Part shown: in pieces, positions 1-10,416 of the stretch | Position numbering within the stretch: position 1 is the stretch's first letter | Layout of the letters: every line of letters begins with the position of its first letter | Origin: an uncultured Pelagibacteraceae bacterium | GTDB lineage: Bacteria; Pseudomonadota; Alphaproteobacteria; Pelagibacterales; Pelagibacteraceae | Length of the DNA: 64,000 bases | Direction of reading: 5' to 3' | Assembly (NCBI GenBank): GCA_902558795.1 | Contig: CACEFI010000001.1 | Location: 3,665-67,664, forward strand | Notes under the pieces: generated by a model | What the model was told of the DNA's origin: nothing | The model's input: the letters and a program-made list of their open reading frames with translations, nothing else | Databases searched by the model: none | Program-made: the position numbers and the translations under genes

Positions 1-680
1 GTAATTTTGGTGTTGATTTTATTGTAACTAAAAAATTTGATAAAACTTTTTCAAAAACAAAATCAATTAATTTTATAAAGAATATTCTATCAAATAAATT
101 AAAAGCCAAATTTATATTTGTTAGTAATAATTTTAGATTTGGGAATAAAAGAGAAGGGAATGTAAAATTTTTAATTGAAAATGAGAAAAGATATAATTAC
201 CAAGTTGTTAAGCCAAAACCTCTTTTGATTAATAAAAAAATTGTTTCATCTTCTTTAATTAGAAGTTATTTGGAAAAAGGTTTATTAGAGAAAGCTAATA
301 GATTATTAAATAGAAAATGGTCTATTAATGGAATGGTTCAAAAAGGTAGGCAATTAGGAAAAAAAATTGGTTTTCCAACATGCAACATAGATATTAAAGA
401 TTATGTTCTAGCAAAACCTGGTGTTTATGCAGTAAGAGTTTTAAGGAAAAATAATCTTAAAATTATAAAAGGGATAGCAAATCTAGGTTATAGACCAACA
501 TTTAATCAAAAAAAAATCTTACTAGAGGTTCATTTGTTTAATTTTTCTGGAAATCTTTATAATAAGCACTTATCAGTTGATTTTTTAAAATTTATAAGAG
601 AAGAGAAAAAATTTAAAAATATTAATAAGTTGAAATCTCAAATTAAATTAGATTTAAAAATAGCAAAGAGAGCACAATGA
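1..680 (+). CDS. ribF: Bifunctional riboflavin kinase/FAD synthetase (5'-partial)
   Basis: Frame is open from the window edge (..NNFRFGNKREG..). Kinase motifs GRQLG..GFPT.N, GVYAV, ANLGYRPTF, LLEVHLFNF. Upstream of ileS. Confidence 0.95.
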   Translation, partial: NFGVDFIVTKKFDKTFSKTKSINFIKNILSNKLKAKFIFVSNNFRFGNKREGNVKFLIENEKRYNYQVVKPKPLLINKKIVSSSLIRSYLEKGLLEKANRLLNRKWSINGMVQKGRQLGKKIGFPTCNIDIKDYVLAKPGVYAVRVLRKNNLKIIKGIANLGYRPTFNQKKILLEVHLFNFSGNLYNKHLSVDFLKFIREEKKFKNINKLKSQIKLDLKIAKRAQ

Positions 681-3391
681 GTAATTCGCAAATTAATCTT
701 CCAAAAACTGCTTTTTCAATGAAGGCTAATTTACCACTAAGAGAGCCAGAAATTTTAGAATATTGGAAAAAAATAAATTTATATCAAGAGCTTAGACAGT
801 CTAGCAAAGGCAAAGAAAAGTTCGTTTTACATGATGGTCCTCCCTATGCGAATGGCAATATTCATATGGGCACAGCTCTAAATAAAATTTTAAAAGATAT
901 AATAGTCAAATTTCATCAGATGGATGGAAAAGACTCGATTTATGTTCCAGGATGGGATTGTCATGGATTGCCAATTGAATGGAAAATAGAGGAACAATAT
1001 AAAAAAAATAAAAAAAATAAAAATGAAGTTCCAATTGTAGAGTTTAGAAAAGAATGTAGATCATTTGCAGAGAAATGGATTGAGGTTCATAAAGGACAGT
1101 TTAAACGACTAGGTGTTATAGGTGATTGGGAAAATTATTACTCTACAATGAGTTATGATGCTGAAGCTCAAATTGTTAGAGAGCTGGGAAAATTTTTAAA
1201 AGAGGGTAGTTTATACCGGGGATTCAAACCAGTTTTATGGTCTACAGTTGAAAAAACTGCACTTGCAGATGCAGAAGTTGAATATCAGGATCATAGATCT
1301 GATACTATCTATACATCTTTTCCTGTAAAATCATCTAATTTAAAAGAACTAGAAGGAAGTGAGATTGTCATTTGGACAACAACACCATGGACCATACCAG
1401 CAAATAAAGCTTTAGCATACAATGAGGCTCTTGATTATGTGTTGATACAATTAAACGATGATGGTGATTTTAAAAACCGAAAGATAGTTATTGCGCAAGC
1501 TTTATTAGAGTCTGTTATTAAAGAATGTTCAATAAACGATTATAAAGAAATTAAAAAATTTAAAGGAAAAGAATTTAAAGAAACAATCTGTAATCACCCT
1601 TTTTTCAATTTAGGCTATGAATATGATATTCCAATGTTGGAAGCAAGATTTGTAACAACAGAGCAAGGAACGGGTATTGTGCACTGCGCACCAAGTCATG
1701 GACCTGATGATTTTAACTTATGTTTAAATCATGGAATTAAAGCGATTGAAACTGTGGACGGTGATGGAAAATATACTAAGAACGTTCATTTATTTGAAGG
1801 TAACCATATTTTTAAAGCAAATCCAATTGTTATTGAAAAACTCAAAGAACAAAAAAAATTATTAGCAAACGGTGAGCTGACACATTCGTATCCTCATTCA
1901 TGGAGATCTAAGGCCCCATTGGTTCATAGAGCAACACCACAATGGTTTATATCAATGGATAGTCACAAATTGAGAGAGACTGCTTTGAAAGCTCTAGATG
2001 AAACTATTTTTTATCCTAGTAAAGGAAAAGAAAGATTAAGATCTATGATTGAAACTAGACCAGACTGGTGTGTTTCAAGACAAAGAGTTTGGGGAGTTCC
2101 TCTTCCAATTTTTGTAAATAAAAAAACTAAGGAAATACTAGTTGATGATGAAGTTAGTGAAAATATTGCAAAAATTTATGAAAAAGAAGGTTCTGATTGT
2201 TGGTTTTCAGACAATCCACAAAGATTTTTAGGTGAAAAATATAAGACAGAAGATTATGAAAAGTTAAGTGATATTGTTGAAGTATGGTTTGATAGCGGAT
2301 CTACTCACTCGTTTGTTCTAGAAAAAAGAGAGGATTTAAAGTGGCCAGCATCAATGTACCTTGAAGGTTCAGATCAGCACAGAGGATGGTTTCATTCATC
2401 TCTGCTTGAGTCTTGCGGAACTAGAGGAAAAGCTCCATTTGAATCAATTTTATCTCATGGTTTTGTTGTTGATGGAAAAGGATTAAAAATGTCTAAATCA
2501 TTAGGCAATGTAATTGCTCCTGAAGATATTTTAAAAAAATATGGGGCAGATATTTTAAGAATTTGGGTGGCCTCATCTAACTATGCAGAGGATTTGAGAA
2601 TTGATCACTCCATTTTAGATCAGCATGCCGACTCATATAGAAAAATTAGAAATACTTTTAGATATTTACTTGGAAATCTTAATGATAATTTTGAAGAAGT
2701 TGATCTTGAAAAGATAAATTTATCTGAATTACCTGAATTAGAACAATTTATGCTTCATAAAATTTATTCTTTAAATGAAAATTTCAAAAATTATTTTAAT
2801 AATTATGATTTTCATAATTTATATAAAGAATTATTAAATTTTTGCACTGTAGATCTCTCAGCATTTTATTTTGATATTCGAAAAGATTCTTTATACTGCG
2901 ATTCCAAAGACTCAAAAAAAAGAAAATCTACAATTATTTTATTAAACATTATTCTAAACTCGCTATTAAGATGGTTTGCTCCTATTCTATCTTTTACTAC
3001 GGAAGAGATATATAGGTTGATAATGAATGACAATAAAAGCGTTCATTTAACAAAGTTTTTAGAGTTTCCAATAAGTTTTAAAAATGAAAATTTAAATCAG
3101 AAATGGTTAGAGTTAATTAAAATAAGGAACGTTTGCAATATTAGCATTGAGGAAAAAAGAGCAAGTAAAGAAATTGGATCAAGTTTAGAGGCAAGTTTAA
3201 AGATAAATTTAGATGATAAATTAAATGACATTTCTAAAGATATAGATTTTTCAGAACTATGTATCACATCAAGTGCAGAGGTCTATTATTTGAAAAATTC
3301 TGAAACAAAAGTTTTAACCACAAAAGCTGAAGGCTCAAAGTGTCCAGTATGTTGGAAATTAAGTATTGATCCTTGCCCAAGGCATACTTAA
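677..3391 (+). CDS. ileS: Isoleucine--tRNA ligase
   Basis: LHDGPPYANG..HMGT (HIGH-type), GWDCHGLPIE, WTTTPWT, EGSDQHRGWF, KMSKS. Confidence 0.98.
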   Translation: MSNSQINLPKTAFSMKANLPLREPEILEYWKKINLYQELRQSSKGKEKFVLHDGPPYANGNIHMGTALNKILKDIIVKFHQMDGKDSIYVPGWDCHGLPIEWKIEEQYKKNKKNKNEVPIVEFRKECRSFAEKWIEVHKGQFKRLGVIGDWENYYSTMSYDAEAQIVRELGKFLKEGSLYRGFKPVLWSTVEKTALADAEVEYQDHRSDTIYTSFPVKSSNLKELEGSEIVIWTTTPWTIPANKALAYNEALDYVLIQLNDDGDFKNRKIVIAQALLESVIKECSINDYKEIKKFKGKEFKETICNHPFFNLGYEYDIPMLEARFVTTEQGTGIVHCAPSHGPDDFNLCLNHGIKAIETVDGDGKYTKNVHLFEGNHIFKANPIVIEKLKEQKKLLANGELTHSYPHSWRSKAPLVHRATPQWFISMDSHKLRETALKALDETIFYPSKGKERLRSMIETRPDWCVSRQRVWGVPLPIFVNKKTKEILVDDEVSENIAKIYEKEGSDCWFSDNPQRFLGEKYKTEDYEKLSDIVEVWFDSGSTHSFVLEKREDLKWPASMYLEGSDQHRGWFHSSLLESCGTRGKAPFESILSHGFVVDGKGLKMSKSLGNVIAPEDILKKYGADILRIWVASSNYAEDLRIDHSILDQHADSYRKIRNTFRYLLGNLNDNFEEVDLEKINLSELPELEQFMLHKIYSLNENFKNYFNNYDFHNLYKELLNFCTVDLSAFYFDIRKDSLYCDSKDSKKRKSTIILLNIILNSLLRWFAPILSFTTEEIYRLIMNDNKSVHLTKFLEFPISFKNENLNQKWLELIKIRNVCNISIEEKRASKEIGSSLEASLKINLDDKLNDISKDIDFSELCITSSAEVYYLKNSETKVLTTKAEGSKCPVCWKLSIDPCPRHT

Positions 3392-3894
3392 TGATATTAA
3401 AATTTTTCAATAAAAATTTTAATATTAGTTTTTCAATAGTAACTTTAATTTATTTTTTAGATAGGTTATCAAAAATATTTGTCATTCAATTAGATAAAAA
3501 TAGTTTTGGATCAGAAATCTTCAGTTCTGCTTATTTAAATATTGTATTAATTTGGAATAAAGGGATTGCATTTGGTTTATTCTCATTTGATGAATTATAC
3601 TTATATAATATTTTAACTTTATTAATTTCAATAATAGTTGTCATATTAGTCGTAATGTCACTAAAAAGTGAGGGATTTAAAAAATATTCATTGCTAATAA
3701 TAGTTGGTGGAGCTCTAGGTAATCTACATGACAGAATTTTTTCTAACGCTGTGCCTGATTTTATAGATTTTCATGTCGGAAATTTTCATTGGTTTATTTT
3801 TAATGTATCAGATATATTTATTACATTGGGTGTAATTAGCATGATTGTTTTGGAGCTTGCAGACACCAAAACTAAAGAACAAAATAATGATTAA
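3391..3894 (+). CDS. lspA: Lipoprotein signal peptidase II
   Basis: WNKGIAFG, GGALGNLHDRI, VPDFIDF, FIFNVSD. ATG at 3391 overlaps the ileS stop and is preferred to the track's TTG at 3373. Confidence 0.95.
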   Translation: MILKFFNKNFNISFSIVTLIYFLDRLSKIFVIQLDKNSFGSEIFSSAYLNIVLIWNKGIAFGLFSFDELYLYNILTLLISIIVVILVVMSLKSEGFKKYSLLIIVGGALGNLHDRIFSNAVPDFIDFHVGNFHWFIFNVSDIFITLGVISMIVLELADTKTKEQNND

Positions 3895-4207
3895 GAATAT
3901 TAAGTTTTTACTTTTAATAATTATAAGCACTATTTTACTGTCCAATTGTGGTTCAGTTCAGAGAGCATTTGATCCACAGAACAAGAACAACTCTGAGGAA
4001 TTTTTAGTTGAAAAAAAATCTCCTCTTTCAATGCCACCTAGCTTTGAGGAATTACCAGTCCCATCAAATGAAAAAGTGGATAAAGAAAGTCAACTCAATA
4101 ACATTAAGACATTAATTACCGAACAAAACAAAAGTGAAAAATCAAAAACTTTTGAATCAGATAAAGATTTTGAACAATCAATAATTGATAGAATCAAAAA
4201 TAATTAA
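3887..4207 (+). CDS. DUF3035-like lipoprotein
   Basis: Signal peptide with lipobox LSNC, then EFLVEKKSPLSMPP.F.ELP.P. Typical neighbour of lspA in alphaproteobacteria. Start moved to ATG 3887. Confidence 0.75.
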   Translation: MIKNIKFLLLIIISTILLSNCGSVQRAFDPQNKNNSEEFLVEKKSPLSMPPSFEELPVPSNEKVDKESQLNNIKTLITEQNKSEKSKTFESDKDFEQSIIDRIKNN

Positions 4208-5361
4208 TGTTCTCTAAAAATATCAGTTTTAAAAACTTTTTAATTAATAAAAAGAACTTAAAAGTAAAAAAAAACTTAAACTTTATTTTAAATGAAAAAA
4301 ATGAAGTAATTAATTCACTTTCAAAATCTTATAAAGATAGTTTTGGAAAAAAAAATACCAAACATTTGAATAGAAAATTAGACTATAGAATTATAGGCAT
4401 GGGGGGATCTACTCTTGGAGCCCAAGCAATTTATGATTTTTTAAAAAAAAAAATAAAAAAAAAATTTATATTTGTTGATAATTTAAAAGCTTCTGAAAAT
4501 AAAAAAGAAAAAAAAAACCTTAATAATTTGATTATTTCAAAATCAGGAAATACAACCGAAACAATTGTAAATGCAAATATTTTAATAAAAAAAAAAGATA
4601 AAAATTTATTTATAACTGAAAAAAAAAAGAGCTACCTAAGTTTACTAGCTAAAAAATTAAAAGCAGAAGTAGTTAATCATAACAACTATATAGGAGGACG
4701 TTATTCTGTTTTATCAGAGGTTGGAATGTTACCCGCAGAATTAATGGGATTAAATTATAAGAAATTCAGACAATTAAATAATTTAGTTAAAAATAAATTT
4801 TTTATGAAGGCGTTAGTTTCAAATGTGGAGTCCACAATTTATTTTTTGGAAGCAAAAAAATTTAACTCAATCGTTATAAACTATGATGAACAATCAACTA
4901 ATTTATTTAATTGGTATCAGCAACTAGTAGCTGAAAGTCTTGGAAAAGAAAAAAAAGGCATACTTCCCATTATTTCTGTCATGCCAAAAGATAATCATAG
5001 TGTGATGCAATTATATCTTGATGGTTTTAATAATAATTTTTTTACATTTTTTTACTCACATGAAAATAACTCTTCTAAAATCAATAATAAATTAGTTTTA
5101 CCTGAACAAAAGTTTTTAAAAAATAAGGATATAAACCAAATTATGTTTGCTCAAAAAAAAGCTACAGAAATAGTTTTCAAAAAAAAAAATATTCCTTTTA
5201 GAAGTTTTGAAATAAAAAAAAGAGATGAAAAAACTCTAGGTGAACTATTTTGCTTTTTTATTCTAGAAACAATATTAATTGGCAAGACTTTAAAGATTAA
5301 TCCATTTGATCAACCAGCTGTAGAGCTTATAAAAAAGGAAACTAAGAAAATTCTACTTTAA
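4207..5361 (+). CDS. pgi: Glucose-6-phosphate isomerase (compact)
   Basis: IGMGGSTLG, ISKSGNTTET, IGGRYSVLS, QQLVAESLGK, INPFDQPAVE. Confidence 0.88.
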   Translation: MFSKNISFKNFLINKKNLKVKKNLNFILNEKNEVINSLSKSYKDSFGKKNTKHLNRKLDYRIIGMGGSTLGAQAIYDFLKKKIKKKFIFVDNLKASENKKEKKNLNNLIISKSGNTTETIVNANILIKKKDKNLFITEKKKSYLSLLAKKLKAEVVNHNNYIGGRYSVLSEVGMLPAELMGLNYKKFRQLNNLVKNKFFMKALVSNVESTIYFLEAKKFNSIVINYDEQSTNLFNWYQQLVAESLGKEKKGILPIISVMPKDNHSVMQLYLDGFNNNFFTFFYSHENNSSKINNKLVLPEQKFLKNKDINQIMFAQKKATEIVFKKKNIPFRSFEIKKRDEKTLGELFCFFILETILIGKTLKINPFDQPAVELIKKETKKILL

Positions 5362-5921
5362 GAATAAGATCCAAATATAATTTTTGAAATTCCATATTTC
5401 TTCTCTTCAATTAATTGAAAATTTCTTGGAAATTCATCAATTTCTTTTTTATGTCTATGAATGATAATTATACCGTTATTTTTAAGTATTTTATCTTCAA
5501 TTATTGAATTTAGAATATTTTCTAAAGCTTTTTCTTTATAGGGTGGATCTAAAAAAATAATATCATATTTTAATTTTAAATATTTAAATTCAAACCTATT
5601 TAAAATGTCTGACTCAATAATTTCATAATTAATTTCTGATTTTAAATTATTTAGATTTTTTTTGAGAATGGGAAGAACTCCTTCATATTTTTCTATAAAT
5701 GTTACATGACTAGCTCCTCGGGAAAGACATTCAATGCCAAAAGAACCTACTCCAGAAAATAGGTCTAAAACACATGCCTCACTTATATTTATCGAAAACT
5801 TATTTGAATGATTGATTATATTAAATATGGATTCTTTTGTGAGATCTTTTAAGGGTCTTGTTAGTTTGTCTTGAGGTTCAAGCAGTCTTTTTCCCTTAAA
5901 TTTACCACCAATGACTCTCAT
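5358..5921 (-). CDS. rsmD: 16S rRNA (guanine966-N2)-methyltransferase
   Basis: MRVIGGKFKG..RP, KESIFNI, LDLFSGVGSFG, FLDPPY. Confidence 0.93.
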   Translation of the reverse strand: MRVIGGKFKGKRLLEPQDKLTRPLKDLTKESIFNIINHSNKFSINISEACVLDLFSGVGSFGIECLSRGASHVTFIEKYEGVLPILKKNLNNLKSEINYEIIESDILNRFEFKYLKLKYDIIFLDPPYKEKALENILNSIIEDKILKNNGIIIIHRHKKEIDEFPRNFQLIEEKKYGISKIIFGSYS

Positions 5922-7183
5922 TAATCAATTACTTTAAAACCAATATCTCTTCTATAAAATCCACCATTCCAATCCAATTTTTTTATACATTGATGAACTT
6001 CATCTCTGGCTTTTAAAAAATCATCTGATAGGGAGATAAAGTTTAGTACACGTCCACCAGTTGCATATATTTTATTATTTTCTGTTTTAGTTCCGGCATG
6101 AAATATAAAATTGTTTTCATCAAGAGTAAAATTATCAAGATTATTTATTAAGACATTTTTTTGAAAGGTATCTGGATATCCTTTTGAACACAAAACAACA
6201 CATAGACTTTTTTTATTAGTCCACTCAATATTTATATCTGCAAGTTGTTTATTACAGCAAGCCTCAAGTATTTCTGCTAAATCAGTTTTTAGTTTTGGAA
6301 GAATAGTTTGACACTCTGGATCACCCATTCGAACATTGTATTCAATTAGATAAGGTTCATCCTCAACAATCATTAAACCCGCATATAAAAAGCCTTTATA
6401 TTCAGTCCCCATATCTGTGAGCCCTTTAAGTGTTGGTTTAATAATTTTACTTAAAATTTTATCTTCTAAATCATCATTTATCAGTCGAGAAGGGGAGTAG
6501 GCTCCCATCCCTCCGGTATTTTTCCCATTATCTCCTTCAAGAACTCTTTTATGATCTTGTGCTGTTTCAAAGCTTTTAATAGTGGCCCCATCACTAATTA
6601 TAAAATAGCTCATCTCTTCACCTTTTAGAAATTCTTCTATAAGAACATTTTTAGCTTCTCCAAATTTTCCATTAAATATTTCATCAACAGCCATGAAACT
6701 TTCTTGTTTATTATTGCAAATATAAACTCCTTTGCCTGCAGCTAGGTTGTCTGCTTTAATGACGTTTGGATATTTTGCATTATCTAAAAAATTTTTTGCG
6801 TCAACCTTATTTTCAAAGATACCAAAGTTTGCAGTAGGAATATTGTATTCTTGACAAAGTTTTTTAGTAAAAATTTTAGAACCCTCAAGTTGAGAAGCAA
6901 TTTTGTTTGGTCCAAATACTTTTACGTTAAATTTTTCTAAATAGTCTACAATTCCATTCACTAAAGGTTGCTCAGGACCTACGACAACTAAATCTATAGA
7001 ATGGTCATTAATGAATTTATATACTTTATCAAATTCATTTAAATCTATCTCAACGTTAGTTGCAATTTTTGAAGTTCCTGCATTCCCCGGGACACAAAAA
7101 ATTTCATTTAAATTAGAAGATTTAGATATCGTTGCTACTAATGCATGTTCTCTGCCACCACTGCCTAAAATTGCAATTTTCAT
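5921..7183 (-). CDS. purD: Phosphoribosylamine--glycine ligase
   Basis: GSGGREHAL, PGNAG, LEGSK, QDHKR..GDNGKNTGGMGAYSP, EYNVRMGDPE. Confidence 0.97.
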   Translation of the reverse strand: MKIAILGSGGREHALVATISKSSNLNEIFCVPGNAGTSKIATNVEIDLNEFDKVYKFINDHSIDLVVVGPEQPLVNGIVDYLEKFNVKVFGPNKIASQLEGSKIFTKKLCQEYNIPTANFGIFENKVDAKNFLDNAKYPNVIKADNLAAGKGVYICNNKQESFMAVDEIFNGKFGEAKNVLIEEFLKGEEMSYFIISDGATIKSFETAQDHKRVLEGDNGKNTGGMGAYSPSRLINDDLEDKILSKIIKPTLKGLTDMGTEYKGFLYAGLMIVEDEPYLIEYNVRMGDPECQTILPKLKTDLAEILEACCNKQLADINIEWTNKKSLCVVLCSKGYPDTFQKNVLINNLDNFTLDENNFIFHAGTKTENNKIYATGGRVLNFISLSDDFLKARDEVHQCIKKLDWNGGFYRRDIGFKVID

Positions 7184-7206
7184 ATTAATATTTATATATC
7201 TTATAA

Positions 7207-7401
7207 ATGAAAAATAAATTAGCTAAATTAAAATATATGCCTAATAATTTTCAAATTATTGAAGAGGGCGACCATGTAATTTGTGCTATCTCGAAAAAAA
7301 TAATACCTTTAGAAAATTTAAATTATTGGAATGTTGAGAAACAAGAGGCTTATTTTTCTTATGTTGAGTCTTCAATTAAAAGAGAAAAAGAAGACAATTA
7401 A
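7207..7401 (+). CDS. DUF2093-like small protein
   Basis: F.IIEEGDHVICAIS...IPL..LNYWNVE.QEAY pattern, and its position beside lipid A genes. Confidence 0.75.
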   Translation: MKNKLAKLKYMPNNFQIIEEGDHVICAISKKIIPLENLNYWNVEKQEAYFSYVESSIKREKEDN

Positions 7402-8258
7402 CTTTTCCATCGATCATGTGTCCAAATCCACTGATCTACATTTTTTAAAATCATCTTTTCAAGAACTTTATTCAGATATTCAGTAATTTCTAAGATCGAC
7501 TTTGTTTTACTTACTTTAATTGGTTTTGAGATGTAAATTTTAAAATAATTTGATTTTTTTCTTTCAATATAAATAGGCACTAATTCGCAATTGTATTTCT
7601 TGATTAGTTGAGCGGGTATTGTTGTAGTTGTTGCTAAATTATTAAAAAATTTTACTTTTTCACCTTCTCTAACCCGTTGATCTATCATTAAAGCTATTGA
7701 TCTACCTTTAATCAAATTTTTAATTATTTCACGGCTTCCAGCCCTTCCTTTTTTAATCTGATTTTTACAAATATTTTCTTTTCTAATTTTCTCCATCGTT
7801 TTATTTAGAAAAATATTATTTAAAGGCCTATAGATTACGGCAAGGTCAATTCCTGCCTTTTCTATTTCCATTGCCATGAGTTCAAAATTATTAAAATGAC
7901 CTGAAATAAATACAGCTTTTTTATTATGTTTTTTTAAATTTTCTAAATGCTCCAAACCATCTATTGATATATATTTTTTTAGTTCATTATTTCTAAATTT
8001 TTTTAAATAGACGTATTCAGCAAAGATTCTTCCATAGTTACCAAGTACATTGGAAGCTATTTTTGATTGATTTAAAGAGTGTTTAACATTTGCTTTTTCT
8101 AAATTTTGAATGATCATTTTCTTTGATCTAAATATTGGGCCTATTATTTTTCCAATAAAGAAACCTAAATTTGATGAAAGTCGATATCCTATTATTTGGA
8201 ATAAAATAAATAATATTTTGATTAAAAGAAATTCCAAAAAGTAAGCTATTTTTTTCAT
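7398..8258 (-). CDS. lpxL: Lipid A late (lauroyl/myristoyl) acyltransferase
   Basis: SGHFNNFE (HX4E), ALMIDQ, QWIWTHDRWK. In an operon with lpxK, waaA and msbA. Confidence 0.88.
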   Translation of the reverse strand: MKKIAYFLEFLLIKILFILFQIIGYRLSSNLGFFIGKIIGPIFRSKKMIIQNLEKANVKHSLNQSKIASNVLGNYGRIFAEYVYLKKFRNNELKKYISIDGLEHLENLKKHNKKAVFISGHFNNFELMAMEIEKAGIDLAVIYRPLNNIFLNKTMEKIRKENICKNQIKKGRAGSREIIKNLIKGRSIALMIDQRVREGEKVKFFNNLATTTTIPAQLIKKYNCELVPIYIERKKSNYFKIYISKPIKVSKTKSILEITEYLNKVLEKMILKNVDQWIWTHDRWKS

Positions 8259-9178
8259 AATTTTGATATTAGAGTTCCCACTAATTTATTTTTTTCTTTG
8301 ATTTCTAGCTTAATTTTTAAAAATTTAATATTTTTTCTTTGGGTTTTGTTTAATCGAAAAAAATCTTTTTCGGTTGTTATTAATGTTAAATTATCTTTTT
8401 TTGCATCATTTTTTAATTTTTTTAGATCAGTATTTGTAAGTTTATAGTGATCAGGAAAAATTATTTTTTTATTAATCTTAAATTTATAATTAATTAAGGT
8501 TTGTTCAAATTCATGTGGATTCCCAATACCACAAAACATTAAATATTTTTTTCTTAAATTTAATTTTTTCAAATTAAGTGGTTTATATTTTCCCTCAAAT
8601 ATTTTTAAATTTTGATTAATTGATTTTAATTTAGATAAAAGTTTTTTATTTTTTTTTTCTCCATTTAAAAAAACTAAATCATAATTTTTTAATACACTTA
8701 AGTCCTCTCTTAGAGGACCTGCAGGAAGCATGTATTCATTTCCTAGTGCATATTTTGAATTAAAACACACAATTTTGAGATCATAATCTATATTTTTTTG
8801 TTGTAAGCCATCATCTAAAATTGCCAATTGGTATTTTTTCTTTACAGCAGCTGAAAGTGCATTTTCTCTAGTGTTTGATGATATAATTTTACCTTTATTG
8901 TTTAATAAATTAATTTCATCTGACTGATTTTTATAATTTTTTTTTATGAACACGGTCTTAAATTTTTTTCTAAGCAATTCATTTATTTCTATTGCTAAAG
9001 ATGTTTTGCCTGTTCCCCCAATATATATATTGCCAATACAAATTGTTTTAATTTTAAATTTTTTTTTTGTAGAAAATGTTTTTGTAATGTTAACTAAATG
9101 TGTAATTATTGATAAAGGATAAAGTATTAATGAAATAAAATTTTTTGTTTCCCAAAATTTAGGTTTAATAAATTTCAT
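8255..9178 (-). CDS. lpxK: Tetraacyldisaccharide 4'-kinase
   Basis: CIGNIYIGGTGKT, LDDGLQ, MLPAGPLRE, FCGIGNP, FPDHY, TTEKD. Confidence 0.95.
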   Translation of the reverse strand: MKFIKPKFWETKNFISLILYPLSIITHLVNITKTFSTKKKFKIKTICIGNIYIGGTGKTSLAIEINELLRKKFKTVFIKKNYKNQSDEINLLNNKGKIISSNTRENALSAAVKKKYQLAILDDGLQQKNIDYDLKIVCFNSKYALGNEYMLPAGPLREDLSVLKNYDLVFLNGEKKNKKLLSKLKSINQNLKIFEGKYKPLNLKKLNLRKKYLMFCGIGNPHEFEQTLINYKFKINKKIIFPDHYKLTNTDLKKLKNDAKKDNLTLITTEKDFFRLNKTQRKNIKFLKIKLEIKEKNKLVGTLISKL

Positions 9179-10416
9179 ATTAAATATTTTTTTATATAGG
9201 ATAAATTTTTTTCAAGAGCATCATTTCCAATTTTAATAATTTTTTTTACATTTTTATTTGTAGTTTTATTTTTTAATTTTTTTAATATTAAATTTTCCAT
9301 TTTTAAAATATTAGAAGTTGAAGATGATATTTTAAGTTTACTTAAAAAAGCATATATTTCCTTAAAGTTTTTGACATTAGGTCCATTAATTATGTAATTT
9401 CCTAATCTTGCAGGTTCCAGTGGATTTTGACCACCATGTTTTATTATTGATCCACCTACAAAAGATATATTTGTTAAATTATAAAACTTTGAAGTCTCAC
9501 CATAGCTATCAACTAAATATATATCAGTATCCTTTTGAAGTTTTTGATTTGAAGAATGTTTAATACAATTTAGATTAAGATTATTTAAAGAATCTATAAT
9601 TTCATTAGTTCTATTAATGTGTCTTGGAATTATTGTTGTAATTAATTTTCTCTCTCTCTTTTTAAGTCTTTTATGTAATTTTCCAATTAATATTTCTTCA
9701 TCATTGTGAGTGGAAGCAGCACACCAGACTTTAAAATTCCTAAATTTATTTTTTAGTGATTTAGCTTCGTGATTCATATTATCTTTTTGGCCATAATATT
9801 TCAAATTACCTGCTGTCTTTATATTTTTAACTTTAAGTAATTTAAGATATTTTAAGGTTTCTAAGTTTTGAGGTAATGCCAATGATATTTTCCCAAATAC
9901 TTGCTCGGCAAAGTTTGGAAAAATCCTCCATTTATTAAAACTACGTTTTGTAATTCTTGCATTCATAATTACGATTGGAATATTATTTGAATGTAAATTT
10001 TTAAACATATTTGGCCATATTTCTGAGTCTATAAAAATTGCAAGTTCTGGTTGCCAATGTTTGATGAATCTATTTACAATATATTTATTGTCTAATGGAA
10101 AATATATATGTGATGTTTTCTTTAATTTAAGTTTTTTAAATATTTTTGCTGAACTAGTAGTTGATGTTGAAAGCAATACACTTTTTATTTTTTTATTTTT
10201 TTCTAATCTTCTAATGATTGGAACTATACTCATTAATTCACCAACACTCGCTGCATGTATCCAAATTTTTTTGTTAGCTTTTTTTTGAGTATAAATACAA
10301 AATTTTTCTCCAACTCTTTTTGCCTCTTCTTTACCTATAAATATTCGGTAAAGAATTATTATTGGCGATATGACAATGGCTACGTTTGCAAGAATGTTAT
10401 AAAAAAAATACATCAA
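9175..10416 (-). CDS. waaA: 3-deoxy-D-manno-octulosonic acid (Kdo) transferase
   Basis: WIHAASVGE, SEIWPN, GNLK, AASTH, IPRH, VGGS..HGGQNPLEPA. Confidence 0.95.
   Translation of the reverse strand: MMYFFYNILANVAIVISPIIILYRIFIGKEEAKRVGEKFCIYTQKKANKKIWIHAASVGELMSIVPIIRRLEKNKKIKSVLLSTSTTSSAKIFKKLKLKKTSHIYFPLDNKYIVNRFIKHWQPELAIFIDSEIWPNMFKNLHSNNIPIVIMNARITKRSFNKWRIFPNFAEQVFGKISLALPQNLETLKYLKLLKVKNIKTAGNLKYYGQKDNMNHEAKSLKNKFRNFKVWCAASTHNDEEILIGKLHKRLKKRERKLITTIIPRHINRTNEIIDSLNNLNLNCIKHSSNQKLQKDTDIYLVDSYGETSKFYNLTNISFVGGSIIKHGGQNPLEPARLGNYIINGPNVKNFKEIYAFLSKLKISSSTSNILKMENLILKKLKNKTTNKNVKKIIKIGNDALEKNLSYIKKYLI

Noticed and set aside
4440-4630. Long poly-A tracts in pgi and similar tracts elsewhere
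   Set aside because: Lysine codons in an AT-rich genome with frames intact. No evidence for phase variation.
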